Below are positions 37,601 to 48,511 of a DNA stretch of 64,000 nucleotides, in pieces; position 1 is the first letter of the stretch; every line of letters begins with the position of its first letter. Source of the DNA: Auanema rhodensis (taxonomy: Eukaryota > Animalia > Nematoda). Under the pieces are notes generated by a model. It was not told where the DNA came from and did no database searches. It worked only from the letters and a program-made list of their open reading frames with translations. The stretch covers positions 12,648,001-12,712,000 of the forward strand of contig OZ059895.1 of NCBI GenBank assembly GCA_964057225.1. Direction: 5' to 3'. The translations under genes were made by a program, and so were the position numbers.

Positions 37601-40600
37601 TTATTATTCATTTGTTGACGTTATTTATTCTCACAATAATTTCTTTGTTTAAGTAAGAGTATTCTTGGAAAAACCCTGTGATCAGGTGGCCGAGTGGTTA
37701 AGGCGATAGACTGCTAATCCATTGGGGTTTCCCCGCGTGAGTTCGAATCTCATCCTGATCGTTAATTTTGTTTTTTATCACAACGGACGCTCCATTCAAA
37801 CTATCATTTTCTAAATAAAACCAAGCCACCTGATTCAATAGAAAGACTTTATTATTCATTTGTTGACGTTATTTATTCTCACAATAATTTCTTTGTTTAA
37901 GTAAGAGTATTCTTGGAAAAACCCTGTGATCAGGTGGCCGAGTGGTTAAGGCGATGGACTGCTAATCCATTGGGGTTTCCCCGCGTGAGTTCGAATCTCA
38001 TCCTGATCGTTAGTTTTGTTTTGTATGACAACGGATGCTCCATTCAAACTATCATTTTCTAAATAAAGCCAAGCCACCTGATTCAATAGAAAGACTTTAT
38101 CATTCATTTGTTGACGTTATTTATTCTCACAATAATTTCTTTGTTTAAGTAAGAATATTCTTGGAAAAACCCTGTGATCAGGTGGCCGAGTGGTTAAGGC
38201 CATGGACTGCTAATCCATTGGGGTTTCCCCGCGTGAGTTCGAATCTCATCCTGATCGTTAGTTTTGTTTTTTATGACAACGGATGCTCCATTCAAACTAT
38301 CATTTTCTAAATAAAGCCAAGCCACCTGATTTAATAGGAAGACTATATTATTCATTTGTTGATGTTATTTATTCTCACAATAGTTTCTTTGTTTATGTAA
38401 GAGTATTCTTGGAAAAACCCTGTGATCAGGTGGCCGAGTGGTTAAGGCGATGGACTGCTAATCCATTGGGGTTTCCCCGCGTGAGTTCGAATCTCATCCT
38501 GATCGTTAGTCTTGTTTTTTATGACAACGGATGCTCCATTCAGACTATCATTTTCTAAATAAAGCCAAGCCACCTGATTTAATAGGAAGACTATATTATT
38601 CATTTGTTGATGTTATTTATTCTCACAATAGTTTCTTTGTTTATGTAAGAGTATTCTTGGAAAAACCCTGTGATCAGGTGGCCGAGTGGTTAAGGCGATG
38701 GACTGCTAATCCATTGGGGTTTCCCCGCGTGAGTTCGAATCTCATCCTGATCGTTAGTCTTGTTTTTTATGACAACGGATGCTCCATTCAGACTATCATT
38801 TTCTAAATAAAGCCAAGCCACCTGATTTAATAGGAAGACTTTTTTATTTGTTTGTTGACGATATTTGTTGTCACAATAATTTCTTTGTTTAAGTAAGAGT
38901 ATTCTTGGAAAAACCCTTTGATCAGGTGGCCGAGTGGTTAAGGCGATGGACTGCTAATCCATTGGGGTTTCCCCGCGTGAGTTCGAATCTCATCCTGATC
39001 GTTAGTTTTGTTTTTTATGACAACGGATGCTCCATTCAAACTATCATTTTCTAATTAAAGCCAAGCCACCTGATTTAATAGGAAGAATTTATCATTTATT
39101 TGTTGAAATTGTTTATTCTCACAATAATTTCTTTGTTTAAGTAAGAGTATTCTTGGAAAAACCCTGTGATCAGGTGGCCGAGTGGTTAAGGCGATGGACT
39201 GCTAATCCATTGGGGTTTCCCCGCGTGAGTTCGAATCTCATCCTGATCGTTAGTTTTGTTTTTTATGACAACGGATGCTCCATTCAAACTATCATTTTCT
39301 GAATAAAGCCAAGCCACCTGATTTAATAGGAAGACTTTTTTATTTGTTTGTTGACGATATTTGTTGTCACAATAATTTCTTTGTTTAAGTAAGAGTATTC
39401 TTGGAAAAACCCTTTGATCAGGTGGCCGAGTGGTTAAGGCGATGGACTGCTAATCCATTGGGGTTTCCCCGCGTGAGTTCGAATCTCATCCTGATCGTTA
39501 GTTTTGTTTTTTATGACAACGGATGCTCCATTCAAACTATCATTTTCTAAATAAAGCCAAGCCACCTGATTTAATAGGAAGAATTTATTTTTTATTTGTT
39601 GAAATTATTTATTCTCACAATAATTTCTTTGTTTAAGTAAGAGTATTCTTGGAAAACCCTGTGATCAGGTGGCCGAGTGGTTAAGGCGATGGACTGCTAA
39701 TCCATTGGGGTTTCCCCGCGTGAGTTCGAATCTCATCCTGATCGTTAGTCTTGTTTTTTATGACAACGGATGCTCCATTCAGACTATCATTTTCTAAATA
39801 AAGCCAAGCCACCTGATTTAATAGGAAGACTTTTTTATTTGTTTGTTGACGATATTTGTTGTCACAATAATTTCTTTGTTTAAGTAAGAGTATTCTTGGA
39901 AAAACCCTTTGATCAGGTGGCCGAGTGGTTAAGGCGATGGACTGCTAATCCATTGGGGTTTCCCCGCGTGAGTTCGAATCTCATCCTGATCGTTAGTTTT
40001 GTTTTTTATGACAACGGATGCTCCATTCAAACTATCATTTTCTAAATAAAGCCAAGCCACCTGATTTAATAGGAAGAATTTATTATTTATTTGTTGAAAT
40101 TGTTTATTCTCACAATAATTTCTTTGTTTAAGTAAGAGTATTCTTGGAAAAACCCTGTGATCAGGTGGCCGAGTGGTTAAGGCGATGGACTGCTAATCCA
40201 TTGGGGTTTCCCCGCGTGAGTTCGAATCTCATCCTGATCGTTAGTTTTGTTTTTTATGACAACGGATGCTCCATTCAAACTATCATTTTCTAAATAAAGC
40301 CAAGCCACCTGATTCAATAGAAAGACTTTATTATTCATTTGTTGACGTTATTTATTCTCACAATAATTTGTTTGTTTAAGTAAGAGTATTTTTTGAAAAA
40401 CCCTGTGATCAGGTGGCCGAGTGGTTAAGGCGATGGACTGCTAATCCATTGGGGTTTCCCCGCGTGAGTTCGAATCTCATCCTGATCGTTAGTTTTGTTT
40501 ATTATGACAACGGATGCTCCATTCAAACTATCATTTTCTAAATAAAGCCAAGCCACCCGATTTAATAGGAAGAATTTATTTTTTATTTGTTGAAATTATT

Positions 40601-42796
40601 TATTCTCACAATAATTTCTTTGTTTAAGTAAGAGTATTCTTGGAAAACCCTGTGATCAGGTGGCCGAGTGGTTAAGGCGATGGACTGCTAATCCATTGGG
40701 GTTTCCCCGCGTGAGTTCGAATCTCATCCTGATCGTTAATTTTGTTTTTTATCACAACGGACGCTCCATTCAAACTATCATTTTCTAAATAAAGCCAAGC
40801 CACCTGATTCAATAGAAAGACTTTATTATTCATTTGTTGACGTTATTTATTCTCACAATAATTTCTTTGTTTAAGTAAGAGTATTCTTGGAAAAACCCTG
40901 TGATCAGGTGGCCGAGTGGTTAAGGCGATAGACTGCTAATCCATTGGGGTTTCCCCGCGTGAGTTCGAATCTCATCCTGATCGTTAATTTTGTTTTTTAT
41001 CACAACGGACGCTCCATTCAAACTATCATTTTCTAAATAAAGCCAAGCCACCTGATTCAATAGAAAGACTTTATTATTCATTTGTTGACGTTATTTATTC
41101 TCACAATAATTTCTTTGTTTAAGTAAGAGTATTCTTGGAAAAACCCTGTGATCAGGTGGCCGAGTGGTTAAGGCGATAGACTGCTAATCCATTGGGGTTT
41201 CCCCGCGTGAGTTCGAATCTCATCCTGATCGTTAATTTTGTTTTTTATCACAACGGACGCTCCATTCAAACTATCATTTTCTAAATAAAACCAAGCCACC
41301 TGATTCAATAGAAAGACTTTATCATTCATTTGTTGACGTTATTTATTCTCACAATAATTTCTTTGTTTAAGTAAGAGTATTCTTGGAAAAACCCTGTGAT
41401 CAGGTGGCCGAGTGGTTAAGGCGATGGACTGCTAATCCATTGGGGTTTCCCCGCGTGAGTTCGAATCTCATCCTGATCGTTAGTTTTGTTTTGTATGACA
41501 ACGGATGCTCCATTCAAACTATCATTTTCTAAATAAAGCCAAGCCACCTGATTCAATAGAAAGACTTTATTATTCATTTGTTGACGTTATTTATTCTCAC
41601 AATAATTTCTTTGTTTAAGTAAGAATATTCTTGGAAAAACCCTGTGATCAGGTGGCCGAGTGGTTAAGGCCATGGACTGCTAATCCATTGGGGTTTCCCC
41701 GCGTGAGTTCGAATCTCATCCTGATCGTTAGTTTTGTTTTGTATGACAACGGATGCTCCATTCAAACTATCATTTTCTAAATAAAGCCAAGCCACCTGAT
41801 TTAATAGGAAGAATTTATTATTTATTTGTTGACGTTATTTAGTCTCACAATAATTTCTTTGTTTAAGTAAGAGTATTCTTGGAAAAACCCTGTGATCAGG
41901 TGGCCGAGTGGTTAAGGCGATGGACTGCTAATCCATTGGGGTTTCCCCGCGTGAGTTCGAATCTCATCCTGATCGTTAGTTTTGTTTTTTATGACAACGG
42001 ATGCTCCATTCAAACTATCATTTTCTAAATAAAGCCAAGCCACCTGATTCAATAGAAAGACTTTATTATTCATTTGTTGACGTTATTTATTCTCACAATA
42101 ATTTCTTTGTTTAAGTAAGAGTATTCTTGGAAAAACCCTTTGATCAGGTGGCCGAGTGGTTAAGGCGATGGACTGCTAATCCATTGGGGTTTCCCCGCGT
42201 GAGTTCGAATCTCATCCTGATCGTTAGTTTTGTTTTTTATGACAACGGATGCTCCATTCAAACTATCATTTCCTAAATAAAGCCAAGCCACCTGATTTAA
42301 TAGGAAGAATTTATTATTTATTTGTTGAAATTGTTTATTCTCACAATAATTTCTTTGTTTAAGTAAGAGTATTCTTGGAAAAACCCTGTGATCAGGTGGC
42401 CGAGTGGTTAAGGCGATGGACTGCTAATCCATTGGGGTTTCCCCGCGTGAGTTCGAATCTCATCCTGATCGTTAGTTTTGTTTTTTATGACAACGGATGC
42501 TCCATTCAAACTATCATTTTCTAAATAAAGCCAAGCCACCTGATTTAACAGGAAGACTTTCTTATTTGTTTGTTGACGATATTTGTTGTCACAATAATTT
42601 CTTTGTTTAAGTAAGAGTATTCTTGGAAAAACCCTGTGATCAGGTGGCCGAGTGGTTAAGGCGATGGACTGCTAATCCATTGGGGTTTCCCCGCGTGAGT
42701 TCGAATCTCATCCTGATCGTTAGTTTTGTTTTTTATGACAACGGATGCTCCATTCAAACTATCATTTTCTAAATAAAGCCAAGCCACCTGATTTAA
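34641..42796 (+). repeat. tRNA-Ser(GCT) tandem array, second block, about 33 genes
   Basis: Same 248-bp unit (genes 34706 ... 42638); internal 3222-bp (13-unit) offset repeat. Confidence 0.97.
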
Positions 42797-43213
42797 TGTT
42801 ACATACATATCTCAAAGGAAAGCAGCTGACCATGGCAGCTGCTATTATAAAACTAATGCAGATAGTTTTTAAGCAATTCTGAGAATATTCTAGATGCACT
42901 TTTTATAAGCTTTGTAACAATTTGTGTAAACTGAGTAGGAGTTGTATGGATATATAAACCTGAGTCCTCAAGACTCAGGCATCTCATTATCTCATTATCT
43001 TACTTTCTCTTTATCTTCTTTATATTCTCTTTCTTAACTCTAGCTTTAATCTTTGTATAATTATATTATAATGCGAACAATAAACCTTTATATATTTCAT
43101 CTCTTGTTTCTTATTTCACCTTACATTACACACTTATATTTAAAATCATACTCATCTTCTCATAGTCTGTTTGGATCTCTCAACTTGGAACCATTGGGAA
43201 TCCAAATGGAACG
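42797..43213 (+). repeat. 5' LTR family B (417 bp, TGTTACAT...ATGGAACG)
   Basis: Direct repeat of 52738-53154; TATATAAA at 42951-42958, AATAAA at 43079-43084. Confidence 0.95.
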
Positions 43214-43231
43214 TGGAGGTTCTACCGAGAT
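43214..43231 (+). promoter_or_regulatory. Primer binding site, tRNA-Gln (TGGAGGTTCTACCGAGAT)
   Basis: 18-nt complement of an ATCTCGGT(A/G)GAACCT-CCA tRNA-Gln 3' end; abuts the LTR with no spacer. Confidence 0.88.
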
Positions 43232-44486
43232 CCTTCCTTTCGGACAGGATCTCGTAAAGGAACTCAAGCGCTACCGTCTACAACTCTTATTCATTTAAAG
43301 ATCTTATCTCTCTCTTGAAGTTAGCTTATAATATTTTCTTAAAAAAAAAAAAAAACTCTAAAACTTTTCTATTAAAAATTATATCCAAAAACTCTTTACA
43401 AAAACTCAGTTTTCCATTCATTATATTCTCATAATTCATTTTCAATTATTCATAAGAGTACTTATATCATTTATCATTCTCTCTATCCAAAATCCTATAT
43501 ACGAAAATTATTCAAATTCAATAATTAACTTTTCTAAGAATTATAAGTTTATTTTCACATTTTTTGAACAAAAATAGTTAAGTTCTTTATAAAATTAATT
43601 TAGAATTAAGAAATAAAAAGAAATATTGCTTCTATACCTCTCAATCTTAATCATCTTATCATATTATCTGAATCTTCATCTTATCATACTATCTTAATCA
43701 TCCTATCATACCATATTTTCATTATTTTCTTTATGTTCGTTTATAAAACTATTATTCTTATGCTACTACACTGTATTCTCATAAACCCACCCCTTCCCCC
43801 CCCCCCCCGTAATTTCATAAGCAAGAAATCCCGTGTTAAACACGACAGTAAAAATATTTATTAGGCGCAGCGTATCCAAATTCCGATTACCTTAGCACCT
43901 GAAAAAAAAAAACGAAAAATAATTAAACTAATCAATAAGTTTTAACTCATACGCAAAAACCATCCCTTCCTCGTTAAGAATAATGCCAGACACTCAAGAG
44001 ACTCGAGCGGAGGCCGACACTCAGGATAAGACGTACGCCCCATGAAATAATTAGAGAATTTTTGAATTAAAATCTGCCCCACATTGATATAAATAATAAG
44101 AGTGGTCTCGCCATCATAGAGTCAGGGAGCAGGATGCAGAAGGCAGCTGACATACCTGTGACTCAGATAGGTTAATGAGGTCTGGGAAAATGAAATGATT
44201 GCGAAAATTCTATTTTGTATCCTTGTCCCAAAAGACTGGCGAACTATTAACTTTCATTTCATGCCTTTTTCACAATATAGAACTTGACCCTTCGAAAAGG
44301 CACACTAGTTTCAAACCTGTGTTAGACCCGGACGAGCTATATTGGTAAAGAGATTACTTGCAAGACTAGCTACCTTGATAAGAATCGCGCACACAAACCC
44401 AACATTATTCTTTACGTTTTTTTTATATATATAAAATTATTTTGGCACACGTTGGATATAACAAATTTCCTTACAGGATACCAACG

Positions 44487-45900
44487 ATGCTGCCCAATAC
44501 TGGTCCAAAACCTCCGCTGGACCCTGCTGCCACTTCAAATATTATAAGAAAAAAAAGACAACCGCCCGCAACATATTCTCCCCCCTCTGCAAAACAAGCG
44601 AAGTTAAGCATTAAAACAAAGTCAATGGTAATACATACCCCAAGACATCGCGGCATTCAAAAACAATTCACCAATCCCAAATCACATGAAAAAACGAAGA
44701 AACAAAAAACAGACATAGTCGAAAGAAACACCTTAGAAAAGAAAATTATCCCAAACATTAAACCTATTCCTAAAAATATAGCAAGCAAAGGGAACCCTCA
44801 AAACCCCCCAACCAACACCATACCAAATACAATCAACCCAATCAATCCTTTAATAGCCACCCCTAGAAGAAGCAATACACCAACCACACAAAAATCACCT
44901 ACGCCCGCACTTTCTTCAACCACACCCGCAGTAAGCTCATCCCCACCTTTACGAAACTCACCTTCATCCATTGATCATTCTACATCTGGGCATTCTCTAT
45001 CTCCGTCTCTTCCATCGCAAACTAATCAAGCAAATACTTTTGTTCACCACTTACGCAAACCTCGGGAAGGGCACCTGTTCCAACACCTACAATCATCCCT
45101 CAACCAGCAGCGATTCCGTCCGCCATACGCGATATAAAAGCTCCACGCTACGATGGAAAAACACCATTCAACCGCTATCTACTATACCTAGATGAACACT
45201 TCAACGCTACAAGAACAACTATGCCCGAACGTCTTCAAAGCATACAATTATTGCTAGAAGATGATCAAGCAAGAGAAGCGTACAGAAAACTCACAACCGA
45301 AGATAAGCGACTTGGATGGGACCATGTCAAGAAGCGACTCTCAGAAATGATCACACCGAAAAAACAGAGAGAACGAGCAATGCACCGCCTACATGGCTTG
45401 AAACAGTTACCAACGGAATCGGTACAAAGCTTTGCAACAAGATGTTCTAACGAAGCCTACTCGGCTATGGACATGAACAACGAAAGTGAGCTTAACATGC
45501 TCCGATCCACAATATAGAGAAGTCGTTTAACAACCTCAACATTCGAGACTCAAAGGACAACAATCAATACCAGAGAAACGAATCTAAGGATTTCAAAGGA
45601 ACCAAACCGATGTATAATGGCAATGGCAAACCACACAACCGATATCCGGACAGATACAACAACCAATATCGGCCTCATCAACACCAATACAGGAACCATA
45701 ACTCACGATTCTCTCAAAATAAGGGATCAAGACAAAACTACTTCGACAGATCACGGAACAGAAGCCAAGAAAGACCATACTATCGAAACCGCGACCAAAA
45801 CTATAGCGGACACAACAACCGGCGACAATCAAATAATCACGAACAATACCCCTCTCAATACAATCGAAGCCAATACAACAATTATAGAAGTCGCTGCCAA
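44487..45900 (+). pseudogene. Disrupted gag (Pro/Ser/Thr-rich N-terminus, capsid-like domain, Asn/Arg/Tyr-rich basic tail)
   Basis: Three frames must be joined: ATG 44487 frame; KAPRYDGKTPFNRY...MPERL...QLPTESVQSF (to ~45511); IEKSFNN...MYNGNGKPHNRY...RSR. Homologous to family A Gag, with one frameshift and one apparent deletion. Confidence 0.8.
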
Positions 45901-48511
45901 ACTACACAGAAATCCTATAAATTATAGCATTACACAAGAGGATAGTGAAAAATTTTATAATCATTATCTACCCCTTATCAGTACTCCCGGAACACGACCT
46001 TTTGCAACCACAATTAGAAGCACTTCGACCCCCCTACAAACTACTACTACAACCACTACCACGACCCCTAAGCCTACAACCATAAGGAACGTCATCACTT
46101 CGACAATCACACCCAAAACACATATATCCACAACAACTAGACCCAAACCAACAATACCCACGTCTTCATCAACTACTACTACTACTACCACTACTACTAC
46201 TACTACTTCTACTACTGCTAGACCCAGATCAACAACAACCACAACACCTACAACATCCACAACTATATTCACCACTCATCGACCAACACAATCATTCTCC
46301 ACCCCCCAATCTACATTCAATATTACTACAAACCCAATCACGATCACCTCAAGCCAGGAATACAATAGGAAAGAATCACTCACCAAGTCACCGCCTCCAA
46401 GAACTACAAAAAGATCTATCACTACCACTCGCAGCACACCTGAAGAAATATCATCACATATTGGTAAGAAAGCCCACGTAGACTACCTTAAAGCTAAGAA
46501 CGATATTGTCCAAAAATGGAATGAACATCTTCATCAACAAGAAACGCAATCTCATCTACAATATGCCACTACCAATCTGGAAGATGATATCATACGTACG
46601 TTCACAACAAACAGAAACAACATCTGCCACGTACAAAATAAACAACTACTTACCTGGTGGGCTATTCTTCAAATAAATCCTACTATAGGGATGCGTACAA
46701 TGCTACGACGACAGGATATATCTGCAAGATTCATAAATGATAAACTAATTTATGTAATGCCATGCACACCAATTCAAATTACAAAAACATACCGTGATCA
46801 CAAAGTCAACAGCACGTGTTTTCTGGAAACCCCAGTCGAAACGGAACATCACGGCCAACTGTTCATCCTACCTGGTACAAGAGACCTCACACCGATGGCA
46901 CATGCCATACCATGCGGACTCACAATCAAGGATCCCTGGAAAGAAAACGATCAATGGACTAATAATAACCAATCAATAAATGTAACATCACCAGCATACA
47001 TCGACGAGTTAGGATCAATCAACCTAGAACATATCAAGTTTAATGGAAGCAACATTTTCAACAACCTAACAGAATCAACGTTTCCTATGGCACTAGCAAT
47101 ATCATATGGATCCAGCTTAGCAACGCTACAGGCTACTTTACCAGGAAGAATAAAACCTGTAATCAAACAAAGATTAATTCCTAACATGAACCCTGTTACC
47201 CTAACAGCAGGAGCAGCCAGCAGCTTACTACTCAGCTACGAACATACAAAAGAAGCTATAACTTGGAAAATGTTTGACTTTCTGTCACCAATATGGGAAA
47301 AGATTCAAACCTGGACACTACGCGTACTTGCTATCATTGGATCAATCATAACAATTGGCATAATCACACTCGCCACCTGGATAATAAAAATATACGCATG
47401 TAGTTCAAGGATACCCATCAACAATGTCAAATGGGAAGCAGAATACTTACAACCACTATCAACTGAGAACACAAGAACAGAAACATCTCATCCTTCTCCG
47501 TCCGCTCCATACGTCGACAACCATCACAACAGCTGTCAACTCACATTGTATGATCCTTCAGCACCAATTCCTGAACACATTTATGAAGCTTATTTCCCTA
47601 CAAGCATGAAGAAAGAAAACATAAACTACATAGGAGGATCACAATTACCGTTTGTCCCGATTTCAATCCACAATCACATCTTTAAGGCACTATGGGACAC
47701 GGGAGCATCAGCATCATACATGCGAGAATCCACCTTCAAACAACTGCCCGCTGCAACGATGGTACTAAAACAAACAACAGCGATAGTCGCGAATAAATCT
47801 AAATTCTCATTTATGGGATACACAAGGATCCTCATAACAATAGGAACAACAGAAACAGAACACAAATTTTATGTAGCAGAAGATAACTACTGTCCAGCAC
47901 CAGTGTTACTTGGAATAGACTTCATGGAAGCATTACATCAACAAGGAATTTACACCTCACTTCGACCGCTGGATAAAACAATTGTTATCGGCACAACACA
48001 TGTTCCACTAGCACGAGAAACATCTCCCTGGGAACACCAGACCACGAAAGCATATGTGGTTAGCTTAGAAAACAAAACGCTAAGACCAGGAGAAACAAGA
48101 ACGCTCACGCTAGAAGTACACGATCCAGAAAGCTATGAACAGGCGTTTCTAGATTGTAAGAAACCAGGCAACAAACTCTCTTTCACGCCTACTATATTTA
48201 CGCCAACTGGATACGGAGTACAAATCTACGCGACGAACATATGCAAACAGCCACTCGAAATTCAAATGAATCAAGAAATAGGGATAGCAGAAGCGATACC
48301 AAAAGACAACCAAGAAAAATACGAAGGACAATACATACCTCCAGAAGCTCGATGGGAAGAACAACTGCCATATTTCCCAGACAATTTCATCAATGAGCTT
48401 GACCTTTCAGAAGCCTGCTTCTCGCAAATCGAACAACAACAACTGAAAGAAATAATTTACTACATAAACAAGCGTTTCTCAACAAAGATAGAAATATCGG
48501 ACTCTTCCTAG
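45896..48511 (+). CDS. Env C-terminal half (mucin-like Thr-rich stretch, helical core, TM) fused to aspartic protease
   Basis: Part of ORF 45617-48511, whose first ~93 codons are the off-frame of gag. TM VLAIIGSIITIGIITLATWII at 47324-47386; ALWDTGAS with DTG at 47696-47704; VLLGIDFM flap-distal motif. Confidence 0.88.
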   Translation, partial: AKLHRNPINYSITQEDSEKFYNHYLPLISTPGTRPFATTIRSTSTPLQTTTTTTTTTPKPTTIRNVITSTITPKTHISTTTRPKPTIPTSSSTTTTTTTTTTTTSTTARPRSTTTTTPTTSTTIFTTHRPTQSFSTPQSTFNITTNPITITSSQEYNRKESLTKSPPPRTTKRSITTTRSTPEEISSHIGKKAHVDYLKAKNDIVQKWNEHLHQQETQSHLQYATTNLEDDIIRTFTTNRNNICHVQNKQLLTWWAILQINPTIGMRTMLRRQDISARFINDKLIYVMPCTPIQITKTYRDHKVNSTCFLETPVETEHHGQLFILPGTRDLTPMAHAIPCGLTIKDPWKENDQWTNNNQSINVTSPAYIDELGSINLEHIKFNGSNIFNNLTESTFPMALAISYGSSLATLQATLPGRIKPVIKQRLIPNMNPVTLTAGAASSLLLSYEHTKEAITWKMFDFLSPIWEKIQTWTLRVLAIIGSIITIGIITLATWIIKIYACSSRIPINNVKWEAEYLQPLSTENTRTETSHPSPSAPYVDNHHNSCQLTLYDPSAPIPEHIYEAYFPTSMKKENINYIGGSQLPFVPISIHNHIFKALWDTGASASYMRESTFKQLPAATMVLKQTTAIVANKSKFSFMGYTRILITIGTTETEHKFYVAEDNYCPAPVLLGIDFMEALHQQGIYTSLRPLDKTIVIGTTHVPLARETSPWEHQTTKAYVVSLENKTLRPGETRTLTLEVHDPESYEQAFLDCKKPGNKLSFTPTIFTPTGYGVQIYATNICKQPLEIQMNQEIGIAEAIPKDNQEKYEGQYIPPEARWEEQLPYFPDNFINELDLSEACFSQIEQQQLKEIIYYINKRFSTKIEISDSS

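Noticed and set aside
5698-38806. Dozens of 73-91 aa ORFs (MLHSNYHF..., MNNK...) in the 248-bp array
   Set aside because: They are translations across tRNA genes and spacers, opened or closed by single spacer variants (TTTAAG/TTTATG); there is no coding signal.
5265-42796. CRISPR-like repeat/spacer appearance
   Set aside because: The spacers are near-identical rather than unique, the repeat is a full tRNA, the context is eukaryotic, and there are no cas genes.
43053-43298. ORFs MYNYIIMRT... here and at 52994-53197
   Set aside because: They lie inside the LTR, start at TTG and differ beyond the LTR end; not genes.
45617-45895. N-terminus of the 964-aa ORF (MAMANHTTDIRT...)
   Set aside because: This is the alternative frame of the Asn/Arg-rich Gag tail (45610-45927), brought in frame with Env by a deletion.
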